Shown here in pieces: positions 9,248-18,056 of a DNA stretch of 64,000 nucleotides (within the stretch, counting starts at the first letter, position 1; every line of letters begins with the position of its first letter). Origin of the DNA: Acutalibacteraceae bacterium (GTDB lineage Bacteria > Bacillota_I > Bacilli_A > RFN20 > CAG-449); the NCBI GenBank assembly GCA_963610315.1, contig CAVDMV010000005.1, positions 22,659-86,658 of the forward strand. The letters run 5' to 3'. Under the pieces are notes generated by a model. That model did no database searches and had not been told where the DNA came from. It saw only the letters and a program-made list of their open reading frames with translations. Both the position numbers and the translations under genes were made by a program.

Positions 9248-10549
9248 ATGAGAATGGTCGATATTATTATTAAAAAAAGAGAAAATGAGCCTTTAACTAA
9301 AGAAGAAATTGATTTCTTTGTTCAAGGTTATACAAAAGGAGAAATTCCGGATTATCAAGCTTCCGCTTTAGCGATGGCAATTTGCTTTAATGGCATGAAT
9401 AAAAAAGAAATTGGTTATTTAACTAATGCGATGTTATATTCAGGTGATACAATCGATTTAAGTATGATTAAAGGTAAAAAAGTTGATAAACATTCGACCG
9501 GTGGTGTTGGTGATAAAACTTCTTTAGTTTTAGGTCCATTAGTAGCTTCTTGCGGCGTTAATGTCGCAAAAATGTCAGGTAGAGGACTAGGTCATACAGG
9601 TGGAACGCTAGATAAATTAGAATCTATTCCAGGCGTAACTATTGCGATTGAAAAAGATCGTTTTATTAAACAAGTTCAAGATATTGGTATCGCTATTGTT
9701 GGTCAAACTGGATCTTTAGTTCCAGCTGATAAAAAGTTATATGCATTAAGAGATGTTACAGGAACTGTTGAATCGATTCCTTTAATTGCTTCTTCTATCA
9801 TGTCAAAAAAATTAGCTTCCGGTAGTGATACTATTCTTCTTGATGTTAAATTTGGTTCAGGAGCATTTATGAAGGATATCGATTCGGCTCGTGAATTAGC
9901 GAGAACTATGGTTGATATCGGTGATGAACTTCATAGAGATACACGTGCAATTTTAACTGATATGAGCCAACCTTTAGGTAGAGCAATCGGTAATTCATTA
10001 GAAGTAATTGAAGCAATTAATACTTTAAATGGCCACGGCCCATCTGATTTAGTTGAATTATGTATTAATGCTGGGGCGATTATGCTTATGCAAGCAGGAA
10101 GAACTTCAACTCATGAAGAAGGTGTTGAACTCTTAAAAACTAAGATTGAATCTAAAGAAGCTCTCGATAAATTAGCTGCATTAGTTGAAGCTCAAGGTGG
10201 AGATAAGAGTTATATTTATCACCCTGAAAAATTTACTAAAGCAAAACATATTGTTGAACTTAAATCTTCTAGAAGTGGTTATGTAAATGAAATTAACGCA
10301 CTTGAAATCGGTGTTTCTGCAATGAAACTAGGAGCTGGTAGAGCTACTAAAGAAGATAAGATCGATTTTGCTAGCGGAATTATCTTAAATAAAAAAGTTG
10401 GTGATCACGTTGAAGTAGGCGATACTTTATGTGTCTTACATACTAACATCGATAATTTTGATGATATTATGAAAGAAGCAGAACTTGCTTTTAAATTATC
10501 AAGTGATCCTATTAAAGTTTTACCAATCATTCATGAAATAGTTCAATAA
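9248..10549 (+). CDS. pdp: Pyrimidine-nucleoside phosphorylase
   Basis: MRMVDIIIKKRENEPLTKEEIDFFVQGYTKGEIPDYQASALAMAI and HSTGGVGDKTSLVLGPLVA, the glycosyl-transferase family 3 signature. RBS GGAG before the ATG at 9248. The upstream promoter has an extended -10 TGTATAAT. Confidence 0.85.
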   Translation: MRMVDIIIKKRENEPLTKEEIDFFVQGYTKGEIPDYQASALAMAICFNGMNKKEIGYLTNAMLYSGDTIDLSMIKGKKVDKHSTGGVGDKTSLVLGPLVASCGVNVAKMSGRGLGHTGGTLDKLESIPGVTIAIEKDRFIKQVQDIGIAIVGQTGSLVPADKKLYALRDVTGTVESIPLIASSIMSKKLASGSDTILLDVKFGSGAFMKDIDSARELARTMVDIGDELHRDTRAILTDMSQPLGRAIGNSLEVIEAINTLNGHGPSDLVELCINAGAIMLMQAGRTSTHEEGVELLKTKIESKEALDKLAALVEAQGGDKSYIYHPEKFTKAKHIVELKSSRSGYVNEINALEIGVSAMKLGAGRATKEDKIDFASGIILNKKVGDHVEVGDTLCVLHTNIDNFDDIMKEAELAFKLSSDPIKVLPIIHEIVQ

Positions 10550-10550
10550 T

Positions 10551-11273
10551 ATGGATAAATATCAAGAAGTAAATAAAATTCTTAAAGAAGCAAGTAATGT
10601 TGTTTTCTTTGGTGGAGCTGGCGTTTCTACTAATTCTGGTATCAGAGATTTTCGTTCTAAAGATGGCCTTTATGAATTAAAATCCCAATATGATGAACCT
10701 TATGAAGTGATGTTATCTAGTACGTATTTTTATACTCATACAAAAACTTTTTATGATTTTTACCGCAAATTTATGATTAATAAAGACGCAAAACCTAACT
10801 TAGCTCACATCGCTTTAGCTAATTATGAAAAAGAACATAACTTAACAATAATTACGCAGAATATTGATGCACTTCATCAAAAAGCTTCTTCAAAAAATGT
10901 CATTGAACTTCATGGATCTATTGAACGAAACCATTGTTTAAAATGTCATAAATTCTATTCTTTAGATGAGATGCTTTCATTAGGGAAAGTGCCATATTGT
11001 TCATGCGGAGGTTTAGTTAAACCTGATGTTACTTTATATGAAGAAGCATTAGATGAAAACATTGTTTATAAGGCGATTAAAGCAATCTCTAATGCAGAGG
11101 TAATGGTTGTTGGAGGAACTTCTTTAGTCGTTTATCCTGCCGCGAGTTATATCGAATATTTCCATGGCAAAACATTAATTGTGATAAATAAAGAAAGCAC
11201 GTTCGCGGATAAAAACGCAGATTACGTTTTTCATGAAGACATTGGTTATGTCTTAAATAAAATTTTATCTTAG
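10551..11273 (+). CDS. NAD-dependent protein deacylase (sirtuin, CobB/SrtN family)
   Basis: GAGVSTNSGIRDFRS, QNIDALHQKA and HG..ER..C..C plus CSCGG zinc-binding cysteines. A terminator hairpin GAGCCTTTCTGGCTC with a T run follows at 11272-11294. Confidence 0.85.
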   Translation: MDKYQEVNKILKEASNVVFFGGAGVSTNSGIRDFRSKDGLYELKSQYDEPYEVMLSSTYFYTHTKTFYDFYRKFMINKDAKPNLAHIALANYEKEHNLTIITQNIDALHQKASSKNVIELHGSIERNHCLKCHKFYSLDEMLSLGKVPYCSCGGLVKPDVTLYEEALDENIVYKAIKAISNAEVMVVGGTSLVVYPAASYIEYFHGKTLIVINKESTFADKNADYVFHEDIGYVLNKILS

Positions 11274-11394
11274 AGCCTTTCTGGCTCTTTTTTAGTAAAA
11301 TATACGCTAACAAACCATAATAAAAAATGAAAATAAATAAAATCTTCTTTATTGATTATAATTTATAATTATAATATTAGAGGGAGTTTTATAT

Positions 11395-11841
11395 ATGAAA
11401 GTTGTTTTACAAGTAGTCAAAAATGCATCAGTAACTATTGATGATAAATTATATTCTTCAATTGACGAAGGTCTTTTACTTTTAGTTGGTTTCACCCAAG
11501 GTGATAATGAAGAAACAATTAAAAAAGTAATTGATAAAATCATTTCATTAAGAATATTTTTAGATGAAAATGGTAAAACAAATTTAGCGTTCTTAGATGG
11601 AAAAAGAGAAATTCTTTGTGTTTCTCAATTCACTTTATACGCGGATATAAAAAAGGGCAGAAGACCTAGCTTTGTTAAAGCGTTAGAACCAACAACCGCA
11701 TCTAGGTTATATGATTTTACTTTATCATATATTAGAAGTTTAGGAGTTTTATGTAAACAAGGTGTCTTTGGTGCCGATATGAAAGTTAATTTATTAAATG
11801 ATGGTCCTTTTACCTTAACCATCGATAGCGAGGATTTATAG
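11395..11841 (+). CDS. dtd: D-aminoacyl-tRNA deacylase
   Basis: MKVVLQVVKNASVTID...SQFTLYAD...NDGPFTL is the Dtd signature. RBS GAGGGAG. Confidence 0.85.
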   Translation: MKVVLQVVKNASVTIDDKLYSSIDEGLLLLVGFTQGDNEETIKKVIDKIISLRIFLDENGKTNLAFLDGKREILCVSQFTLYADIKKGRRPSFVKALEPTTASRLYDFTLSYIRSLGVLCKQGVFGADMKVNLLNDGPFTLTIDSEDL

Positions 11842-11842
11842 T

Positions 11843-13012
11843 ATGGAAAAAAAGAAAGTAATGGTTGGTCTTTCCGGCGGAGTCGATTCTGCCGTCGCGG
11901 CTTATTTATTAATTAAACAAGGTTATGAAGTTTCTGGAGGATTTATGAGAAACTGGGATGCCATCGCGAATGGTGATTTTTTAGGTAATCCTACTTTAAA
12001 TGATTCTCAATGTCCTCAAGAAAAAGATTATGAAGATGCTTTAAAAGTCGCGGATAAATTAGGTATTAAATTATATCGTATCGATTTTGTTAAAGAATAT
12101 TGGGACAATGTCTTTAAATATTTCTTAGATGAATATAAATTAGGTCGAACACCAAATCCAGATATCTTCTGTAATAAATATATTAAATTCGATAAATTCT
12201 TAGAGTTTGCCTTAAAAGAAGGATTTGATTTTATCGCGACAGGACATTATGCAAAAAGAGTAGATAAAGAAGATGGTCGAGTTGAAATGCATAAATGTTT
12301 TGATTCTAATAAAGATCAAACATATTTTTTATCACAAGTTAATGAATATCAATTATCAAAATGCTTATTTCCTTTAAGTGATATTGATAAGACGGAAGTT
12401 AGAAAAATTGCAAGTGAATTAGGACTTGAAGTTGCGACTAAAAAGGATTCAACCGGTGTTTGTTTTATTGGTGAAAGAAACTTTAAACAATTTTTAAATA
12501 ATTATTTACCTAGTAAAAAAGGTAATATCGTTGATATTGTTTCAAATAATATTGTCGGTCATCATGACGGCGTTTTATATTACACCTTAGGTCAAAGACG
12601 AGGCTTAGGAATTGGAGGAATTAAAGGTATTGATCCAAAATCTTGGTTTGTGGTTGGTAAAAATGTCCAAAAGAATATTCTTTATGTCGCACAAGGTGAT
12701 GAAAATGAATATTTAAATTCTGATGAAGCGATTATTAAGATGATTAACTGGACAGCAAAAGATAAACCAGTAGGAAAAATTCATGTTGGAGTTAAATTTA
12801 GATATAGACAAGCTGATCAAGGTTGCACTTTAGAATTTATTGGTAAAGACACCATAAAATTAACTTATGATGAACCTTATAAAGCAGTTACTCCAGGACA
12901 AGCGGCAGTATTTTATGATGGTACCTTATGTCTAGGTGGAGGTATCATTGATAAAATCTTCTATAAAGGTAAAGAAAAGATGGTATATAATTATGAACCA
13001 AATAAAAAATAA
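11843..13012 (+). CDS. mnmA: tRNA-specific 2-thiouridylase MnmA
   Basis: PP-loop VMVGLSGGVDSAVAAYLL; catalytic Cys region TGVCFIGE. Confidence 0.85.
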   Translation: MEKKKVMVGLSGGVDSAVAAYLLIKQGYEVSGGFMRNWDAIANGDFLGNPTLNDSQCPQEKDYEDALKVADKLGIKLYRIDFVKEYWDNVFKYFLDEYKLGRTPNPDIFCNKYIKFDKFLEFALKEGFDFIATGHYAKRVDKEDGRVEMHKCFDSNKDQTYFLSQVNEYQLSKCLFPLSDIDKTEVRKIASELGLEVATKKDSTGVCFIGERNFKQFLNNYLPSKKGNIVDIVSNNIVGHHDGVLYYTLGQRRGLGIGGIKGIDPKSWFVVGKNVQKNILYVAQGDENEYLNSDEAIIKMINWTAKDKPVGKIHVGVKFRYRQADQGCTLEFIGKDTIKLTYDEPYKAVTPGQAAVFYDGTLCLGGGIIDKIFYKGKEKMVYNYEPNKK

Positions 13013-13520
13013 TTTAGTCGATGATCAATATCCTTTTGAAGGTATTACTCATACTAGAGAAATCGCACGTGGAATTGTTTTAGATGAAAATAACAAAGTG
13101 ATCATCTTAAAAATTTATGGCGAAGATTTCTTTGGGTTAAGAGATTATATTGAAACTTCAGGTGGAGGAATCGATGAAAACGAAACTCCTGAACAAGCTC
13201 TTATAAGAGAACTAGATGAAGAAATTGGTTATAAATGTGAAATCATTACTAAAATTGGGATAGTAGATGATTATTATAATCTTTTAAAAAGACATAATGT
13301 CAATCATTATTATTTAGTAAGAACGGTTTCTAAAACACATATTCATCATGAATCAAAAGGTGATGGATATATTAACGATATCTTACATAAAGATATTGAT
13401 GAAGCTATTAAGATGTATCAAGAATTAAAAGATGAAGGAATCGCTAAATTAGTAAAAGAAAGAGAACTTCCGATTGCCATAAGAGCAAAAGAAATAATGG
13501 AAGAATTAAAGATAATTTAA
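12993..13520 (+). CDS. NUDIX hydrolase
   Basis: Nudix box GGGIDENETPEQALIRELDEEIGY. The start is the ATG at 12993 (MNQIKNNL), which overlaps the mnmA 3' end by 20 nt. The track's longer ORF from 12936 is rejected. Confidence 0.7.
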   Translation: MNQIKNNLVDDQYPFEGITHTREIARGIVLDENNKVIILKIYGEDFFGLRDYIETSGGGIDENETPEQALIRELDEEIGYKCEIITKIGIVDDYYNLLKRHNVNHYYLVRTVSKTHIHHESKGDGYINDILHKDIDEAIKMYQELKDEGIAKLVKERELPIAIRAKEIMEELKII

Positions 13521-13529
13521 AGGAGAGTT

Positions 13530-14819
13530 ATGAAAGTAAGTTTAGTATCATTAGGATGTAGCAAAAACTTAGTCGATTCAGAAATGATTTTATCATTGAT
13601 GAGAAGAAATAAGTTTGAAATTACTTTAGACGTTAATGAAGCAGATGTCATTATTGTTAATACATGTGGCTTTATTAATGCATCAAAACAAGAATCAATT
13701 AATAAAATTATTGAGATGGGAAAACTTAATAAAACATTAATTGTTACTGGTTGTTTAGTCAAACGTTATAAAGAAGAATTAGAAAAAGAATTACCAGAAG
13801 TTGATTTATTTATCGGCATTGATGAATATGATAAGATTGCTGAATTAATTGGTAATTTATTAAATAAGAAGGCATTAGAAGGTTATTTAGATTTATCTAA
13901 ACGTGTTCTTTCCACCTCCTCTTATAGCGCGTATTTAAAAATCTCCGAAGGATGTAACAACTGTTGCACTTACTGCGCGATTCCATTAATTAGAGGTAGA
14001 TTTAGAAGTGTCCCTTTAAATGATTTAATTTCTCAAGCAAATATGATTAAAGACCAAGGAGTAGAAGAATTAATCGTTATTTCTCAAGATACTACTCGTT
14101 ATGGATCAGATATTGGTGAATATGATATCGTCACCTTATTAAAAGAATTATTAAAAATTAAAGAATTTAAATATATTCGTTTATTATATCTTTATCCAGA
14201 TGAAATCTCAGATGAATTAATTGACCTCATGGGTAAAGAATCACGTTTAACTCCTTATTTTGATATACCTATTCAACATTCTTCGACTAAGATTTTAAAA
14301 GCGATGAATAGAAGAGGAGATAAAGAACTTCTCACTAATTTATTTAACAAGATTAAAGAAAAAGTTCCTAATGCGATTTTAAGAACAACTTTAATTGTTG
14401 GTTTCCCTGGTGAAACTGATGAAGATTTTAATGAACTAGTTTCCTTTGTTAAAGAAATGAAATTTGATCATTTAGGTGCATTTACTTATTCTCGTGAAGA
14501 TGGAACTAAGTCATTTAACTTCCCTAATCAAGTAGATGAAGAAGTAAAAATCGCTCGTTATAATGAAATAATGCGTATTCAAAAACATATTTCATTAATG
14601 CAAAATAAAAAACAACTTTCGTCTATTCATACAGGTATTGTTTTAAGCTATGATTATGAATCAAATACTTATTCATTAAGAAGCCATTGGAACGCACCTG
14701 ATGATATCGATGGAGAAATTATTTTTACTAGTTTTGAACCTTTACAAGAAGGCCAAATAGTAAATGTAAAGATTACATCATGTGATCATTATAATCTCTA
14801 TGGAGAATTAGTTAAGTAA
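13530..14819 (+). CDS. rimO: Ribosomal protein S12 methylthiotransferase RimO (radical SAM MTTase)
   Basis: N-terminal MTTase cysteines SLGCSKNLVDSE...NTCGFI. Radical-SAM motif CNNCCTYCAIP. C-terminal TRAM-like domain. Confidence 0.8.
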   Translation: MKVSLVSLGCSKNLVDSEMILSLMRRNKFEITLDVNEADVIIVNTCGFINASKQESINKIIEMGKLNKTLIVTGCLVKRYKEELEKELPEVDLFIGIDEYDKIAELIGNLLNKKALEGYLDLSKRVLSTSSYSAYLKISEGCNNCCTYCAIPLIRGRFRSVPLNDLISQANMIKDQGVEELIVISQDTTRYGSDIGEYDIVTLLKELLKIKEFKYIRLLYLYPDEISDELIDLMGKESRLTPYFDIPIQHSSTKILKAMNRRGDKELLTNLFNKIKEKVPNAILRTTLIVGFPGETDEDFNELVSFVKEMKFDHLGAFTYSREDGTKSFNFPNQVDEEVKIARYNEIMRIQKHISLMQNKKQLSSIHTGIVLSYDYESNTYSLRSHWNAPDDIDGEIIFTSFEPLQEGQIVNVKITSCDHYNLYGELVK

Positions 14820-14832
14820 TTACTAAAAATAA

Positions 14833-14861
14833 TTGACATATTGCTTATTTATTTATATTAT
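14833..14861 (+). promoter_or_regulatory. Sigma-A-type promoter for tRNA-Thr
   Basis: TTGACA, a 17-nt spacer, then TATTAT, placed 12 nt before the tRNA 5' end. Confidence 0.5.
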
Positions 14862-14873
14862 AAATAAGCGATT

Positions 14874-14947
14874 GCCCCCTTAGTTAAATGGTATAACAGA
14901 TCCATGGTAAGGATCCGTCGCTAGTTCGATTCTGGCAGGGGGCACCA
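14874..14947 (+). tRNA. tRNA-Thr (anticodon GGT), CCA encoded
   Basis: Hand-folded cloverleaf. Acceptor GCCCCCT/AGGGGGC; D-stem GTTA/TAAC; anticodon stem GATCC/GGATC with loop ATGGTAA; T-arm GCTAG-TTCGATT-CTGGC; 3' ACCA. Confidence 0.8.
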
Positions 14948-14956
14948 GTAAGATTA

Positions 14957-14992
14957 TAAGAGGATTGGTATTTAAATATCAGTCCTTTTTCT
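14957..14992 (+). terminator. Terminator after the tRNA
   Basis: Hairpin GGATTGGTATTTAAATATCAGTCC followed by TTTTTCTTTT. Confidence 0.5.
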
Positions 14993-15074
14993 TTTAATAA
15001 AATGAGTAATTAATTCTTTTCAAGAAGATATTTTGCATATTATAATTATTACTAATGAATACGGAGAATATTTT

Positions 15075-15533
15075 ATGGAAAAAATTAAAAGCTTTGAAGT
15101 AAATCATTTAACATTACTTCCTGGATTATATGTTTCTAGAGTTGATACAATGGATGGTTTTACTTTTACTACATATGATTTACGTTTTACTAGACCAAAT
15201 TTTGAACCAGTATTAAATACGGCGCCTCTACATACAATTGAACATTTAGGCGCGACATTTTTTAGAAATAATTATAAAGACAAAACGATGTATTTTGGTC
15301 CTATGGGCTGTAGAACTGGTTTTTATTTAATCTTTAAAGGTAAAGAAGATATTGAAGAAACTAAAAAAGCAGTTATTGCATGTATGAAATTTATTATTTC
15401 TTATGAAGGGACTATTCCTGGACAAAGTCCTGTTGAATGCGGCAATTATCTAGATTTAAATTTAGATATGGCTAAATACCATGCAAAAATTTACTTAGAA
15501 GTATTGGAGGCAAATGATGAGAACGCCATTTAG
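15075..15533 (+). CDS. luxS: S-ribosylhomocysteine lyase LuxS
   Basis: MEKIKSFEVNHLTLLPGLYVSR and the metal-binding HTIEHL motif. RBS GGAGAA before the ATG at 15075. Confidence 0.85.
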   Translation: MEKIKSFEVNHLTLLPGLYVSRVDTMDGFTFTTYDLRFTRPNFEPVLNTAPLHTIEHLGATFFRNNYKDKTMYFGPMGCRTGFYLIFKGKEDIEETKKAVIACMKFIISYEGTIPGQSPVECGNYLDLNLDMAKYHAKIYLEVLEANDENAI

Positions 15534-16629
15534 ATATGATTATGTTGGATCTTTTTTAAGACCACATAAAATTAAAGAAGCAAGAAAAAAATATGAAGCT
15601 AATGAGATAAGTTTTGATGAATTAACTCGTATTGAAGATGAAGAAATTACTCGTTTAGTTAATAAGCAAAAAGAACTTGGATTTCATTGTTTAACTGATG
15701 GTGAATTTAGAAGACAAGCTTGGCATTTAGATTTTATGTGGGGCTTTAAAGGTATTGAACATCATAAAACAAATACAGGTTTACCTTTTCACGATGAACA
15801 AGCTCTTATTGATGATACTTATTTAGTATCTAAATTAAGTTATAACGGAAATCATCCTTTCATTCGTCATTTTACTTTTTTAAAACAATTTGAAGATGAA
15901 AATCACATTGCAAAACTTACCATTCCTTCTCCAGCTCAATTCCTTGAACAATTAATTATGCCTTTTGCTAGAGAAAATACTTTTAAATATTATCAAAATG
16001 AAAAAGAAGTTATAACTGATTTAATTTCTTGCTATAAATTATTTATTCAAGATATTTATAAAGCAGGATGTAGAAATTTACAATTTGATGATTGCTCTTG
16101 GGGACTTCTTTTAGATGAATCTGCTTTAAGAGTATTTAATACCGATGAAGAAGGATTAGAAAGAATTAAACAATTATTTGTTGATGTGAATAATGAAGTC
16201 ATTTCTTCTAAACCAGGAGATATGTTTATTAATACGCATATTTGTCGTGGTAATTTCCATTCTACTTATGCTTCTAGCGGTCCTTATGATAGAGTAGCTC
16301 CATATGTTTTTAATAAAGAAAATGTCGATGCATTTTATTTAGAATATGATGATGCGAGAAGTGGAGGCTTTGAAGCTTTAAAATATATTCCAAAAGATAA
16401 ATATGTTGTCTTAGGTTTAATTACTACTAAATCACCTAAACTTGAAGATGAAGAAAACGTGATTAGAAGAATTAAAGAAGCAAGTTTCTTTCATCCATTA
16501 GAGAAATTATGCCTTTCTCCTCAATGTGGATTTGCTAGCTGTGAGATAGGTAATAAACTTACTGAAGAAGAACAATATCAAAAATTACTCTTAGTGAAGA
16601 AAATCGCGAATAAAGTTTGGCAAGATTAA
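15514..16629 (+). CDS. Cobalamin-independent methionine synthase C-terminal-domain family protein (MetE-like, YxjG/YxjH-type)
   Basis: ~370 aa with the MetE C-terminal-domain pattern (RTPFRYDYVGSFLRP...HxCxG, and IHTHICRGNFHS resembling the Zn-binding region). Overlaps the luxS 3' end; together they form an activated-methyl-cycle pair. Confidence 0.6.
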   Translation: MMRTPFRYDYVGSFLRPHKIKEARKKYEANEISFDELTRIEDEEITRLVNKQKELGFHCLTDGEFRRQAWHLDFMWGFKGIEHHKTNTGLPFHDEQALIDDTYLVSKLSYNGNHPFIRHFTFLKQFEDENHIAKLTIPSPAQFLEQLIMPFARENTFKYYQNEKEVITDLISCYKLFIQDIYKAGCRNLQFDDCSWGLLLDESALRVFNTDEEGLERIKQLFVDVNNEVISSKPGDMFINTHICRGNFHSTYASSGPYDRVAPYVFNKENVDAFYLEYDDARSGGFEALKYIPKDKYVVLGLITTKSPKLEDEENVIRRIKEASFFHPLEKLCLSPQCGFASCEIGNKLTEEEQYQKLLLVKKIANKVWQD

Positions 16630-16679
16630 TTATTTATTTTAATTTGCTAAGTAAAATATATTGTATAATAGGGTGAAAT

Positions 16680-18047
16680 ATGAATAACAAAAAAATTAAT
16701 ATTCTCTTGAGCTTATTAACATTAGTTAGTATTTGCTCATGCGGAAAAACAACTTCAAATAAATATTTTAGTTTAAAAATCTGGACTTATTATAACGGTA
16801 ATACAGAAGCAAGTTTCCAAGATCTCATTAATAATTTTAATGAAACTCGTGGTAAAGAACTTAAAATTGCAGTTTCAAGTCAATCACAAGGTAAAAATGT
16901 TAATGATTTACTTAACGCTCTTACGGATTCCGCGAGTGAAAAACTTGGTTCTGATCCAATGCCAGATATATTTTTAGCCTACCCTGATACAGCATATGAA
17001 TTAGATAAATTAGGTAAAATTGCTTCTTTAAATGATTATTTTTCTACTGAAGAATTTTCTAATTATAATGAAGAATTCTTAAATGAAGGTAAGTTACCTA
17101 ATAGTAATGAATATAAAATTCTTCCAATGTCCAAATCGACTGAAGCTTTATATATTAATAAAACTGATTTAGATAAATTTAATAAAAATTATCCTAATTA
17201 TGCGATAAGTTATGAAGAATTAAGGACTTATGAAGGCATTATTAATGCCTCAAAAAAATATTATGAACAAACCGGTAAAGCTTTCTTTGGACGTGATTCA
17301 CTTGATAATTATTTTGTGGTAGGTGCTAAACAATTAGGTATTGATATCTTAAGATATGATGAAAATAATAATTATGGCATTAACTACGATAAAGAAGTTT
17401 TTAAAAAATTATGGGAATGTTATTACGTTCCATATGTAAAAGGATATTTTTATTCTGAAAGTTCTTTTAGAAGCGGTGATATTAAATCAGGTAATATCAT
17501 TGCTTATGTAGGATCAACTTCTTCTGGAGGCTATTTTCCTTCAAATGTCGTTATTTCAGATAGTGAATCTTATGATATTGAATGTGAGGTTATTAAAGCT
17601 CCAATATTTGATGGCGGCGCGGATGTCGCGATAAGCCAAGGAGCTGGATTTTGCATTACTAAATCGAATAAAGAACAAGAATCTGCCGCGGCTAGTTTCT
17701 TAAAATGGTTATCAGAAAAAGATAATATTAGATCTTTTTCAAATGAAACTGGTTATTTTCCAGCGACTAATGATGGCTTTAGTTATGAATTTATTGCTTC
17801 TCAAAGCGATTCTAAATTTAAACAAAGCTTTACAGTGGCCAAAAATGTTATAAATAATTCTACAATGTATACTAATATTGTTGGTGAAGGTGGAACTTCT
17901 TTACGTAATAAATTAAAGACGAGTTTAGATACTATTTCTAAAGAAGCTCGCGCGAATGTAATAAAATCTTCTTCACAAGAAGAAGCGATAGAAGAATATA
18001 CTTCAGAAACAAAATTTGAAGAATGGTTCAACAGTTTAAATAAATAG
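16680..18047 (+). CDS. Extracellular solute-binding lipoprotein (ABC SBP family-1-like), orphan: no permease or ATPase adjacent
   Basis: Lipoprotein signal MNNKKINILLSLLTLVSICSCG with lipobox VSICSC. The mature part (IWTYYNGNTE..., YPDTAYELDKLGKI) resembles sugar-binding SBPs. Confidence 0.65.
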   Translation: MNNKKINILLSLLTLVSICSCGKTTSNKYFSLKIWTYYNGNTEASFQDLINNFNETRGKELKIAVSSQSQGKNVNDLLNALTDSASEKLGSDPMPDIFLAYPDTAYELDKLGKIASLNDYFSTEEFSNYNEEFLNEGKLPNSNEYKILPMSKSTEALYINKTDLDKFNKNYPNYAISYEELRTYEGIINASKKYYEQTGKAFFGRDSLDNYFVVGAKQLGIDILRYDENNNYGINYDKEVFKKLWECYYVPYVKGYFYSESSFRSGDIKSGNIIAYVGSTSSGGYFPSNVVISDSESYDIECEVIKAPIFDGGADVAISQGAGFCITKSNKEQESAAASFLKWLSEKDNIRSFSNETGYFPATNDGFSYEFIASQSDSKFKQSFTVAKNVINNSTMYTNIVGEGGTSLRNKLKTSLDTISKEARANVIKSSSQEEAIEEYTSETKFEEWFNSLNK

Positions 18048-18056
18048 GTAAGTATT

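Noticed and set aside
12936-12992. Longer NUDIX ORF starting at 12936
   Set aside because: The upstream part overlaps the conserved mnmA C-terminus in another frame. The start at 12993 gives a normal Nudix N-terminus.
14950-15074. SAM or other riboswitch upstream of luxS / MetE-like genes
   Set aside because: The leader is about 80 nt after the tRNA terminator, AT-rich, and lacks the conserved GC-rich SAM-I/SAM-II helices.
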